Assembly (NCBI GenBank): GCA_963752525.1
Contig: CAVVYS010000004.1
Coordinates: 317,394 to 381,393 of the forward strand
Source: an uncultured Bacteroidaceae bacterium
GTDB lineage: Bacteria; Bacteroidota; Bacteroidia; Bacteroidales; SM23-62
Direction of reading: 5' to 3'
DNA length: 64,000 nt
Below are positions 51,072-60,969 of this stretch, piece after piece. Positions within the stretch are counted from its first letter, which is position 1. Each line of letters begins with the position of its first letter. Position numbers and translations under genes: made by a program. Below the pieces are notes generated by a model that saw only the letters and a list, made by a program, of their open reading frames with translations, had not been told where the DNA came from and ran no database searches.

Positions 51072-52577
51072 TTATTGGTTTTCTTCTTCAAGGAGTTCCT
51101 CAGGAATTATGGATACCTGATACTCAAAATCGTATAATGTTTGAATTTTCAGGTTCAATAATTCCAGTTTATAATCAATAATGGCATTGGTCAGGGCCAT
51201 TTTGTTGTCAGATAGCTGGCTCTGTATAATTCCCAGGTCCAGGCTGGTGAGGTCACCGTTCTTGTATCTTTCCAGGTTAATATCATAGGTAAGTTCTGCA
51301 TTGTCAACTGTTTTTTCCTGAATGATGATCTGGTTTTCCAGGTTTTTAATGCTTCTGATGATGGACCTGATATTGACCTGGATATCAATTTTCTCTATCT
51401 CAAGGTCTATCTCGGTACTTTTGATGTTGGCTTCCGCTGCCTTGATCTCGGATTTCCTTTCCCCCCAGTCAAAAATCGGGATATTAAGTGTGAGTCCCAC
51501 GCTAGGCGTATTGGTCGGATTGTCGAATAACTGACTGAGATCCTCATGGTTGGCCGTTATCCCGAAAGAAGCTGAAATGGATCCCGCAAATTCGTTCGTG
51601 GTTTTCGCTTCCAACAGGTTAAACATGGAATTTTCTATATCTATGGCGCGTTGCCGGAGCTCCATCCTGTTTTCCAGTGCATGGGTGAGGGCCATATCCG
51701 CATCTATGTCCACCGAATCAGCCTTAATAACAGTTATCAATTCAAATTCATCGGTGAGGGGCATGCCAATGACCACTTTCAATTCATCCATGGCATTCAG
51801 CAGGTTTAGCTCGGAAGTATAAACCGAGGAGCGGCTGGTGGCCAGGTTAACCTCCGACTGGTACAGCTCCTCCAATGCCTGAAGTCCCCCTTCAACCTTG
51901 TTCTTCGTGATCTCATGGCTGGCCTGGTTATTTTTCAATTCTTCATTGGCGATGTCCAGTCTCATCTGCATGGAATAAACAGCATAAAAGGTCTGTGCAA
52001 CATTCCTTTCCAGGCTCAGTTTCTGCAGCAGGTATCTCAATAAGGCTGTTTCATAGCTTAGTTCTACCCTGGCCAATTCCACTTTTGTACGGTTATAGGT
52101 AAATATTGGCTGTGTCAGCTGGAGATATAAACGGTTGTTCCAGGTCCGGGAAATAGGATCCACTGCCGATGACGATTGTGAATTGTTATAGTCATAATAG
52201 AAGGTATTATGCAGGGAAATCGTACCATCTGTAGGCAGTATCCTCTGGTTAATTGATAATGTACCTGTTGAACTGGCTGATTCATTCAGGAACCATTCAC
52301 TGGTCCTCCGGTCGAAACGGTTAACCCTCTCATATTCGAAGGGATTCAGTACCAGTCCGAATTGAGACTTCAGCCTGGCCCGCTGGGCATTCAGTAATTC
52401 CTGGTTCCTGAGAAGATCCAGCTCAACCTGTTGCATGGTCGGACTGTTCAGGATGGCAATATCCAGGGCCTTATCCATATCCATTAAAACCTGGGCCCGG
52501 AGCCCGCTTACCTGGAATAAAACAATGGACATGATCATTAAATACCTTGACCTTGTAAAGGGATTCGTAGTCTTCAT
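51072..52577 (-). CDS. TolC-family outer-membrane efflux protein
   Basis: 501 aa, signal peptide, two internal repeats of the outer-membrane efflux protein (OEP) coiled-coil/beta-barrel module. Confidence 0.8.
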   Translation of the reverse strand: MKTTNPFTRSRYLMIMSIVLFQVSGLRAQVLMDMDKALDIAILNSPTMQQVELDLLRNQELLNAQRARLKSQFGLVLNPFEYERVNRFDRRTSEWFLNESASSTGTLSINQRILPTDGTISLHNTFYYDYNNSQSSSAVDPISRTWNNRLYLQLTQPIFTYNRTKVELARVELSYETALLRYLLQKLSLERNVAQTFYAVYSMQMRLDIANEELKNNQASHEITKNKVEGGLQALEELYQSEVNLATSRSSVYTSELNLLNAMDELKVVIGMPLTDEFELITVIKADSVDIDADMALTHALENRMELRQRAIDIENSMFNLLEAKTTNEFAGSISASFGITANHEDLSQLFDNPTNTPSVGLTLNIPIFDWGERKSEIKAAEANIKSTEIDLEIEKIDIQVNIRSIIRSIKNLENQIIIQEKTVDNAELTYDINLERYKNGDLTSLDLGIIQSQLSDNKMALTNAIIDYKLELLNLKIQTLYDFEYQVSIIPEELLEEENQ

Positions 52578-52593
52578 ATTATTCGTATTATCA

Positions 52594-55500
52594 TTATTTT
52601 CTTACCCATTTGACTGCATCGGCAAAAACCCGGTTACCGTTCGTTTTATTCGACAATTCAATGGTGGCGGTATCTCCAGGGAAATGGAATGCACCTATCT
52701 TATTCCATCCTTCCTCAGGACTTCTCAGCGTAAACTCCAGGTCCTCTGATCCTTCATTGGAGGATATGGTGTAATGATAGACATTGCCCTCATCTGCGAA
52801 CCTGGGACCACGGCCCCTCTGGCCGGGACTACTTCCACCGGGCCCTCCTCCTCCCTGGCTGCCTCCACCCCCGGACCTTCCGCGTTGGGGGCGTCCCAGC
52901 ATAGCTGAAGTAGGTATGTATACATATACATCATAAAATCCGGCAGCAGGAAGAACAGTGGTCCAGCGCGCTATATTCCCCCCTTCTCCGCTTCTTGTCA
53001 GAAGGGCAGAACGGATAGATTCTCCATAAAATCCGGAATGTGCCACAGGTGTCCATTTCATCGGATTTCTGCCAGACACCTGGCTATAGAAAATCTCATT
53101 ATTCTCCTCTTTGCGTGCATCAATGAATTGTTTTATTTTGCTATCATAGGATTTGGACTCGTAATGGAATCCAGGATCTTCATTGTCGACAACAAATTCA
53201 CCGGGAATACTCAGTGATAATTCCTTATCAGAAATACGTTCATACTCTTCAACATTGGTTCGGTCTATCTCCTGGGCTGATCTCAGGAAAGTGCTGAAGG
53301 TGGATGGGATGTTCGCAGAAATCAATGTATTCACGGTCATCATCCGGGGCTGTTCAAAAAGGCTTATCTGGATATCCTTTGTGATCCCTGGATCGAGCTC
53401 ATACAGCCGCTGTTCTGTGCTGCTGCTGCCAAATGATCCGGGCATCCTGAATGATACATCCACTAAACCTTTAACTTTTCCTGTGTTACGCAGTTTGAAT
53501 CTCACCAGGTAAACTTCACCGACACCATCTCTGGTTTCAATGTAATCCGGACTACTCATTATGAAGGTTGGGATCTTCCCTTTGGTATTGATGGTTTCAA
53601 AATAAGGCTCGATCTCAACGCCGAATTTCCTCTCAAAATCTGCGGAAAAGCGTTCAAAGGTAATTTCCCTGAAGGCATTGTCCTCCAGGTAGGGGTAAAG
53701 ATAATTATCAAATTCGCGAAGTCCCACCCTGTTTTTCAGTGCCAGGAATATGAAGCTGCCGGTTTGCTTCACCAGTGCCGAAGAAACTGAGTTTTCCCAA
53801 TCCCCCAATATCTCAGCAAGAGAATTATCCCTGAGCGCTAAATTAGCCGTTTCGCTGTCCGTCATGCCACCCCTGAAACTCTGCATCATGGATGATGAAA
53901 AACCTTCCTTAAGGTACATTTCCAACATGGAATTGAACAGGGGGAAATCAGGGGAAGATATCCCGGTCATGTAACTATAATACAGGGGGAAGACACAGTA
54001 GGGATTTTTTGTAAAACTTACGCCGCTAAAGGCCATCAGGTTCTCTCCCCCCTGACGGAAGCCCCCACCTGGACCGGACATGGTACTGCTTCTGAAAAAT
54101 GTACTTCCCAGAAATCGTTTGAATAATCTTGCCTCTATCTCCTTTGGTGTCCTGGTCTCATTTTCCCGTCTGTTCCTTCGCTCCTCAAAATACTTAAAAC
54201 GGCCGAAATCCAATGATGACATTCCTGCTCCTTTTTCAGGAAACAGGATCATTTCAGGCTGGATGGTCTCAAAATATTCTACCTGTGGCCTTTCATACGC
54301 ATGAAATTGTATGGGTGTTTCAACCAGGTTGATACGTTTAAATGGATAATACAGGTCAAGGTCCTCAATCTCGTAGTTATCCTTTTCTTCCTTAACCAGG
54401 TCCCAGATTGTATCGGTGATATTGGTAAAAAAACCAGAGAAGAAATCATGTCCGGGTTTAAGGTAGAGATTGTATTCTATCCCGTCAAGGGTATCGCTTC
54501 TTTTTTCAAATGATCCAATCACCAGAGATAAGGCACTCAGGTCCGTTTCCGGTGTAAAATGAAATTTTTCACCGGTTACCTTGACTTCTCCGGTTGAGAC
54601 AGGGGTAAGCCCGGCATTGGGATTCACTGTAAGCTCAAACTGCACAAAGTCCAGACCTCGAGGCATGAATGTTTGATTATTAAAACCCACCCCGGCAACA
54701 GGGTACCAGATTATTTCAGGTGTTAGCAAAAGAAAATCCTCGGTGATTATCGCTGGTTTTTTGTCAACAGTGGCCACCTGTATGCGCTTCAATTCCCGCC
54801 TCGTCTCATCTGCTATGTCAAGGTATGCGATTGATTCGTCGGGTGTGCCGGAATAGAAAATGGAATACCGGGACCTTCTCCTGGGACCGAGCTGCTTTTC
54901 TGGTATGATCTGTAAAATCTGGCCTACCCTGGAATATTCAACATTCCCATTCCCGGATGTAATGCTGTCTATGCTAAATCCGGGGTTTAATGAAAACACC
55001 AGTGTATCCAATCCGGTCCTGTTCAGATTCCTGACTGATATATTGGAAGAGACCTGCAGTTTCGATCCATGCTGCCTGACCTCCAGCTTATTGGTCAGGA
55101 TATCCACAACTGGAATACTGGCATGGCTATTATTCAATGAGAGGTATTCTTCTCTTACTTTGTCCTCCTGCTGATGAATTGTGAAATAACGGTATCCCAG
55201 GAATCCACCGAAAACAACAAATATTATCGATGCAATAACATTCAGTGCATTCCACCTGCCGGTCTGGGGAAGCCTGTTCAGATACCTGATGGTGGCAAAT
55301 ATAAATCCCAGTCCTAGTGATAAATAGGCCAGGCGGTGAAGAATGATCATGTATGGTTCGCCGAATCCGATAAAATCAGAATAGATCATGGGCAGGTTAA
55401 AAGCCATATAGTCCGTTGCCCCGTAGAGTTTATCCTTGAAATAGAACAGGGTAAGCCCGATATAACCCAGCAAGATGAGAAAGGTGACGGCCTGGTTCCT

Positions 55501-56016
55501 GATGATGATCATTAATAGAAATGAGAGTCCCAGGATAAATACCAGGGTCGGAATGGTAATGAGCAAGGGATAGAACAGGTATGCCTGCCATATTACCGGA
55601 ATATCCTTGTGGACCAGGTTGAAAACCAGTCCCATAAGCAATGCTACCATCACCAGGCCGATAAATAGCGTAAGTATGCCCATGGTTTTTCCGACCACAT
55701 ATTCCCCGTTTGTAATAGGCCTTGTATAAATGACTTCCGTGGTATCCAGTTTTTTGTCGCGCTTTAAAAAATCCGAAGCCAGAAATACAGCTATGATTGC
55801 CTGGGCTACATTAATGAATAAAACATTGATATAGGGCACATTGGCTGCAATGGCACGGACCGTCCAGCGAGCCCCGCCGTGGAATCCGAAAAAGCCCATG
55901 TTTATGCTGAACAGGAAAAAGAGTGCAATGATGGAGAAGATCCTGAAGAACCAACTCCTGTAAAGGGTTTTTCTCTCGTATTTGGAGACGGTTAATATAT
56001 TCTGGAAGTTAATCAA
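52594..56016 (-). CDS. ABC-2-type permease domain (6 TM, ~290 aa) fused to an ~850-aa extracytoplasmic domain of unknown function
   Basis: N-terminal third resembles ABC-2 permeases; remainder hydrophilic with no HExxH or other catalytic motif recognised; Gly/Arg-rich low-complexity stretch near the C-terminus (RPQRGRSGGGGSQGGGGPGGSSPGQRGRGPRF). Start codon overlaps the stop of the upstream ATPase (ATGA-type coupling). Confidence 0.7.
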   Translation of the reverse strand: MINFQNILTVSKYERKTLYRSWFFRIFSIIALFFLFSINMGFFGFHGGARWTVRAIAANVPYINVLFINVAQAIIAVFLASDFLKRDKKLDTTEVIYTRPITNGEYVVGKTMGILTLFIGLVMVALLMGLVFNLVHKDIPVIWQAYLFYPLLITIPTLVFILGLSFLLMIIIRNQAVTFLILLGYIGLTLFYFKDKLYGATDYMAFNLPMIYSDFIGFGEPYMIILHRLAYLSLGLGFIFATIRYLNRLPQTGRWNALNVIASIIFVVFGGFLGYRYFTIHQQEDKVREEYLSLNNSHASIPVVDILTNKLEVRQHGSKLQVSSNISVRNLNRTGLDTLVFSLNPGFSIDSITSGNGNVEYSRVGQILQIIPEKQLGPRRRSRYSIFYSGTPDESIAYLDIADETRRELKRIQVATVDKKPAIITEDFLLLTPEIIWYPVAGVGFNNQTFMPRGLDFVQFELTVNPNAGLTPVSTGEVKVTGEKFHFTPETDLSALSLVIGSFEKRSDTLDGIEYNLYLKPGHDFFSGFFTNITDTIWDLVKEEKDNYEIEDLDLYYPFKRINLVETPIQFHAYERPQVEYFETIQPEMILFPEKGAGMSSLDFGRFKYFEERRNRRENETRTPKEIEARLFKRFLGSTFFRSSTMSGPGGGFRQGGENLMAFSGVSFTKNPYCVFPLYYSYMTGISSPDFPLFNSMLEMYLKEGFSSSMMQSFRGGMTDSETANLALRDNSLAEILGDWENSVSSALVKQTGSFIFLALKNRVGLREFDNYLYPYLEDNAFREITFERFSADFERKFGVEIEPYFETINTKGKIPTFIMSSPDYIETRDGVGEVYLVRFKLRNTGKVKGLVDVSFRMPGSFGSSSTEQRLYELDPGITKDIQISLFEQPRMMTVNTLISANIPSTFSTFLRSAQEIDRTNVEEYERISDKELSLSIPGEFVVDNEDPGFHYESKSYDSKIKQFIDARKEENNEIFYSQVSGRNPMKWTPVAHSGFYGESIRSALLTRSGEGGNIARWTTVLPAAGFYDVYVYIPTSAMLGRPQRGRSGGGGSQGGGGPGGSSPGQRGRGPRFADEGNVYHYTISSNEGSEDLEFTLRSPEEGWNKIGAFHFPGDTATIELSNKTNGNRVFADAVKWVRK

Positions 56017-56903
56017 AGGTTCCAGTGGTTTAATGTATTTTCCATGAAATGCACATAGGCATGTTCAAGGTTGGGATGGATTTCCCTGGCCTCTATATCT
56101 GCCGGTTTCTCTCCCACGAACTGGATTTCCCAACCGTCTCCCGAAGGAATGGTGGAAATGATGGGGTAGTTTTCCTTCATAATTTCGTATTGTTCCTCAC
56201 TTACAGTTGCCTGCCATACAAAACCTTTTGCACTGGTAACCAATTTGTCGGGAGCACCATCATAAACCAGTTTACCCTCATTCAGCAGGGCCATCTGGTT
56301 GCAGGTACTGGAGATATCACCCACAATATGTGTGGATAGAATAATGATGGTTTCTGTATGGCTTAAATCCGAGAGGAGATTTCTGAACCTGATGCGTTCT
56401 TCCGGATCCAGCCCTGTCGTCGGTTCATCAACAATGATAATGGAAGGTTGGGATATCAGGGCCTGGGCTATACCCAGCCGCCGTTTCATGCCACCTGAGA
56501 GTTTGTTTGCCATCCGGTTCCTTACCTGGTGTAAGCCAACATCCTTCAGCATGCGGTCCACTTGCTCACGCCGCTCTTTAGTGGAGGTCATGCCTGCGAG
56601 GCGGGCAGCATAATCCAGAAACTCCCAGGACCGAAGTTTGGCAAAAAACCGGAAATCCTGAGGCAGGTATCCGAGCATTTTTCGCACTTCCTTTCTCTGC
56701 TTATTGATATCCCTGCCATTGATCAGGACCTCTCCGGAACTGGGTTGCATAAGGGTGACCAGAATGCGCATCAGGGTGGATTTCCCTGCACCATTGGGTC
56801 CAAGTAAACCGAACATACCCTCCCGTATTGTCAGGTCAATATCAATGAGCGCCGGATGGCCGCCGGGATAGATTTTATTCAGATTTTTTATGGTAATCTC
56901 CAC
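56013..56903 (-). CDS. ABC transporter ATP-binding protein
   Basis: Walker A GPNGAGKST, signature LSGGMKRR, Walker B IIIVDEPTTGLD, H-loop STHIV. Confidence 0.88.
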   Translation of the reverse strand: MEITIKNLNKIYPGGHPALIDIDLTIREGMFGLLGPNGAGKSTLMRILVTLMQPSSGEVLINGRDINKQRKEVRKMLGYLPQDFRFFAKLRSWEFLDYAARLAGMTSTKERREQVDRMLKDVGLHQVRNRMANKLSGGMKRRLGIAQALISQPSIIIVDEPTTGLDPEERIRFRNLLSDLSHTETIIILSTHIVGDISSTCNQMALLNEGKLVYDGAPDKLVTSAKGFVWQATVSEEQYEIMKENYPIISTIPSGDGWEIQFVGEKPADIEAREIHPNLEHAYVHFMENTLNHWNL

Positions 56904-57089
56904 TTCGCTTGTTATTATTTAGCCTTGTTCTTGTAAAATCTGAAATTATCTGATGTTTAAGTTAGAAAAAATTCAATTGTTCAGGATGACTTTCGGTATT
57001 TGACTTATTTTATCGATAATGGTTTAAACCTTTGCAGGGGAAAAAAGTCTAAATTGCTGAATCGAACAATATTTTAATACTTAGTCCAT

Positions 57090-57521
57090 ATGAAAACTGC
57101 AACATTATTAGTGTTACTTGTCATCTGCTCACTGCCAACTATCGCCCAACCCCCAGGTGGTGGACAGGGTCGTCGCAGGCAGATGACCGAGGAGGAAGTA
57201 AAAGAAGGAGTCCGGCGAACGGCTGACTCTCTTGATCTTACAGCTGAACAGGAAAAGAAAGTCCTTGCATTCGAAATGGATTTTTACAAGGAAAGACAAA
57301 AAATGTTCGAGAATTTTGATCCTGAGACAGGCGATCGTGAGGCAATGAGAGCCAAAATGATGAAACAAAGAGATGAGAGGAATGACAAATACGCCGAAGT
57401 ACTCACGGAAGAGCAGCTGGAGAAATTTCAGGAAATGCAGGATAGAAGGAGACAAAACATGCGGCAGCGCCGGGAAGAAAATCCCGGGGGAGATCCTGGC
57501 CGCGGCCGTGGACGGGGTTGA
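57090..57521 (+). CDS. Periplasmic Spy/CpxP-family (LTXXQ-motif) protein
   Basis: Signal peptide; two LTxxQ motifs (LDLTAEQEKKV, LTEEQLEKF) in a highly charged helical protein; Gly/Arg-rich N- and C-terminal tails (QPPGGGQGRRRQ..., ...GGDPGRGRGRG). Confidence 0.5.
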   Translation: MKTATLLVLLVICSLPTIAQPPGGGQGRRRQMTEEEVKEGVRRTADSLDLTAEQEKKVLAFEMDFYKERQKMFENFDPETGDREAMRAKMMKQRDERNDKYAEVLTEEQLEKFQEMQDRRRQNMRQRREENPGGDPGRGRGRG

Positions 57522-57647
57522 TTCAAAGCAATTCCGATGATACACAATCGAATAATTATCAAATTTGGGCTTTTATTGGCTATGATGTCAGTAAATGCAC
57601 TGAAGGGAACAAATACCGTTTTTTAAACGATCGTCCGGACCACAGAG

Positions 57648-58178
57648 ATGGAGACTTTTATTGAGCCCGGAGACCTGGTAAACAATCCAGGTTTCGAAAA
57701 GCAGAGGCGAAAAATCCTGGCTGAATTATCGGATGGTATGATAGATGAACCCATCGTTAATATCGTCAGGGGATTTAATAGTAAACCTTATTGTTTCACT
57801 CTCCAATGTTGTTACGGGCATTTTGTATACAATGGCCATTGGGATCCCCATAACCTCGATCCCCTCCCCGAATCAGATCAAATAAGCAGGGTGGAGTACA
57901 GGATTGCCTATGTGGCTTGTTGCGTTGATAATTGTGAGCCGGGAAGAACCCTGTTAGACAAATTACAGAAAATTACATCAATTGATCCGGAGAACATTCA
58001 GTTCTGTTCAGCCAACTGGTTCTGGAGACGGCGGGTTAATTCCTATGCACTTCAGGTTGAACCTGATAGATTTAAGCATCAGGACAAGGCCATTCTTGAC
58101 TACAAAGAAGCCTTGTACATTGAAAATCTAAGAGGTGAATTTTTCCGTAAATTGGAAGAACTATTGCTAACTCCATAG
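57648..58178 (+). CDS. Hypothetical cysteine-rich protein (176 aa)
   Basis: No signal peptide; two Cys clusters C-x4-CC-x-GH (CFTLQCCYGHF) and CC-x3-C (VACCVDNCEPG) about 45 residues apart; no family recognised. Confidence 0.4.
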   Translation: METFIEPGDLVNNPGFEKQRRKILAELSDGMIDEPIVNIVRGFNSKPYCFTLQCCYGHFVYNGHWDPHNLDPLPESDQISRVEYRIAYVACCVDNCEPGRTLLDKLQKITSIDPENIQFCSANWFWRRRVNSYALQVEPDRFKHQDKAILDYKEALYIENLRGEFFRKLEELLLTP

Positions 58179-59570
58179 CCTGTCCCAGGCCCTCATTTCA
58201 TCCCATTCCGGTGTGGGAGCAAAGAGTTCTTCTCCTTCCACAAGGAACTCCTTTACTACTTCCTCGTCTAGTTCAACACCTATCCCAGGATTCTCAGGGA
58301 CTTTTACATAGCCGTTCTGGACCAGGGGTTTTTCAATGCCGGTAACCAGGTCTTCAAACCTGGGTGAATCCACGGCATGATGTTCCAGCCAGAGGAAATT
58401 TTCGCTGGCGGCAGCGGCATGTACAGCTCCCAGGAATGATATAGGTCCCGCAGCATGATGCTGCATGAATCCTATCCCATGCATGGATGCAAAATCACCA
58501 ATTTTCTTTGTTTCCAGAATACCACCGGCCGTATTGGGATCGGGATGGACGATATCCACCGCATGTTGTTCAATTAAATCATGAAATCCGCCATATAGCT
58601 TGTAAATATCTTCCCCGGTCTGTGTGGGCGTGGTGGATGACTGGGTGATCTCCTTCCATTGCTCGGTGTATTGCCAGGGAATGATGTCTTCGACGTAGGC
58701 CAGGTTGTAAGGTTCAGCAGCCCTGGCGATCTTGATGGCTTCATTCACTCCGAAATGGCCCCAGTGATCCGTTCCCATTGGGATCTCGTATCCTATTTGT
58801 GAGCGCATCACATCAAGGAACTCCATCAACCTGTTTATGCCTTTATCGGTGATTTGGACACCGGTAAAGGGATGTTTGGTCAGTCTGTAATCCCGGTACT
58901 CATATTGCCAGGGTTTAAGGTCTCCTTGAGGATCATTGATGACGGCCCCGGGGATGTCCCTGAGCAAGGGGATCCCAATATCCATTTTCAGGGCAGTGTA
59001 GCCCTGGTCAATTCTTTCTTGCATTCTATTGGCATATTCCTGTGGAACGGTGGAAGTTATTGTGTCACAGTAAAGTCTTACCCTATCCCGGTATTTCCCA
59101 CCGAGTAATTGATATACGGGGACACCATAGGCCTTGCCGGCCAGGTCCCACAATGCCATCTCCACCCCTGAGACTCCACCTCCCTGCCTGGCATGAAAAC
59201 CAAACTGGCTGATTTTATTGAAAAGCCGTTCTACATTGCAGGGATTTTCTCCCAATAGCCTGCTTTTCAAAAAAAGGGCATATTCCTTTGCAGCCCCGTC
59301 ACGAACATCGCCATGGCCGACAATCCCCTGGTTCGTGTAGATCCGGACTATGGGCGTACGGAAAACCACCCCACTGATCTCGGCAATGCGCATATCTGTA
59401 ATCTTAAGGTCTGTAGGCGCGCTGTGACGGTTTACTTTTTGGGTGAGGTGTGCCAGCTGTTCATGGATGGATTCGTTGAGTAGGAGTCCGGCTGAAAGTC
59501 CACCAAGACCCGCCTTTTTAAGGAAGTTGCGACGGGAATCTGCAGGAGGAAAAATTGTCTTTTTTTTCAT
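58167..59570 (-). CDS. Tat-exported enolase-superfamily enzyme (mandelate racemase/muconate lactonizing enzyme family; sugar-acid dehydratase-like)
   Basis: ORF track extends to 59633; twin-arginine signal from Met 59570 (MKKKTIFPPADSRRNFLKKAGLGG); MR/MLE N-domain signature GVSGVEMALWDLAGKAYGVPVYQLLGG; metal-ligand acidic residues in the barrel domain. Confidence 0.75.
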   Translation of the reverse strand: MKKKTIFPPADSRRNFLKKAGLGGLSAGLLLNESIHEQLAHLTQKVNRHSAPTDLKITDMRIAEISGVVFRTPIVRIYTNQGIVGHGDVRDGAAKEYALFLKSRLLGENPCNVERLFNKISQFGFHARQGGGVSGVEMALWDLAGKAYGVPVYQLLGGKYRDRVRLYCDTITSTVPQEYANRMQERIDQGYTALKMDIGIPLLRDIPGAVINDPQGDLKPWQYEYRDYRLTKHPFTGVQITDKGINRLMEFLDVMRSQIGYEIPMGTDHWGHFGVNEAIKIARAAEPYNLAYVEDIIPWQYTEQWKEITQSSTTPTQTGEDIYKLYGGFHDLIEQHAVDIVHPDPNTAGGILETKKIGDFASMHGIGFMQHHAAGPISFLGAVHAAAASENFLWLEHHAVDSPRFEDLVTGIEKPLVQNGYVKVPENPGIGVELDEEVVKEFLVEGEELFAPTPEWDEMRAWDRLWS

Positions 59571-59647
59571 GATATTGCTTTTCGTGTTGGGATCATTGTA
59601 TAAATTTAATAAATTCACTCGATTAGTAGACATTTCAAATCCATTCT

Positions 59648-60952
59648 ATGCGCAATATTATTTTCAAGATCCTGTTGATTGCATCCTTCCTGTTTCTGGC
59701 TGTTTTTATTTATGCATGGATCTCGGGTATTCCCGGGTTGACCGGTCCCATGCTCACCCTGTTCTTTGTTAGCCTGGCCATAAGTTTCCATGGACATCCC
59801 AAGCTTAAGAAATTTGCCTATACCATCTGGATCTTCGCCGCTGTAACGGTATCGATGAATTATCCACAATTATTCAGGCAGATCGGGGATTTCGATCTGA
59901 AAAAAACCATCGTTCCCCTGCTGCAGATCATTATGTTCGGCATGGGTTCACAACTGAGCATTAAGAATTTTGCAGATGTGATCCGAATGCCTAGGGGTGT
60001 GATCATTGGGATAATCTGCCAGTTTACCATCATGCCCATTGTCGGGGTCAGCATTGCTAAAGCATTCGGATTCCCGCCTGAGATAGCTGCCGGCATCATA
60101 CTGGTCGGATCTTCACCAAGCGGACTGGCATCCAATGTCATGTCCTTCATTGCAAGGGCAAACCTGGCCTTGTCCGTTACGCTTACGGCAGTGGCTACCA
60201 TGCTGGCTCCACTCATGACCCCGCTGTTGATGAAATTGCTGGCAGGACAGTACGTACCTATTGATTTTTGGGGCATGATGCTGAGCATTGTTAATATTGT
60301 CATCCTGCCGATTGTCGCCGGATTGATCTTTAATGCCATAGGATATGGCCTGACCCGATGGAAAAGCATCATCATCCAGGCCATTGTTTACTTCCTCATT
60401 ATCCTGGCGAAGAATTATCTGAATTTCCAGATCAATGATGTTTCCATTCAGCAATTCCTTTCAGCTACAGCTATTGATACCCTGTGGTTCTCCTTTTTAC
60501 CAATCATAGCTGCTTTGACCTTCAGGTACTATGCCCGTGGCAGGAAGGGATGGCTCGATAAAGCCATGTCACTTGTTTCCATGGTAGGGATAGGCGTGAT
60601 CATTACCATCATTACTGCTGCTGGCCGGGATAGTCTGATGACCATCGGAATGGTATTGGTCCTGGCCTGCCTGATCCATAACATGGCCGGCTATACGCTG
60701 GGTTACTGGAGTTGCAGGTTGTTGAAGATGGATGAAAAGTCATGCCGGACCATTGCACTGGAGGTGGGGATGCAGAACGGGGGACTGGCAAGCGGGATCG
60801 CTTTGGAAATGGGGAAGGTAGCAACCATCGGTCTGGCGCCCGCTGTATTCGGACCGATGATGAATGTTACCGGCTCATCCCTGGCCACCTGGTGGAGAGG
60901 GAAGACGGAGCAGGAACCCGAACCAGGGGAAAATAAAACAGACAGTAACTAA
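59648..60952 (+). CDS. BASS-family (bile acid:sodium symporter-like) transporter with extra N- and C-terminal segments
   Basis: Core motif GIILVGSSPSGLASNVMSFIARANLALSVTLTAVATMLAPLMTPLLM matches the BASS/SBF signature; 434 aa vs ~320 typical. Confidence 0.7.
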   Translation: MRNIIFKILLIASFLFLAVFIYAWISGIPGLTGPMLTLFFVSLAISFHGHPKLKKFAYTIWIFAAVTVSMNYPQLFRQIGDFDLKKTIVPLLQIIMFGMGSQLSIKNFADVIRMPRGVIIGIICQFTIMPIVGVSIAKAFGFPPEIAAGIILVGSSPSGLASNVMSFIARANLALSVTLTAVATMLAPLMTPLLMKLLAGQYVPIDFWGMMLSIVNIVILPIVAGLIFNAIGYGLTRWKSIIIQAIVYFLIILAKNYLNFQINDVSIQQFLSATAIDTLWFSFLPIIAALTFRYYARGRKGWLDKAMSLVSMVGIGVIITIITAAGRDSLMTIGMVLVLACLIHNMAGYTLGYWSCRLLKMDEKSCRTIALEVGMQNGGLASGIALEMGKVATIGLAPAVFGPMMNVTGSSLATWWRGKTEQEPEPGENKTDSN

Positions 60953-60969
60953 ATCAAATACCTAATATT

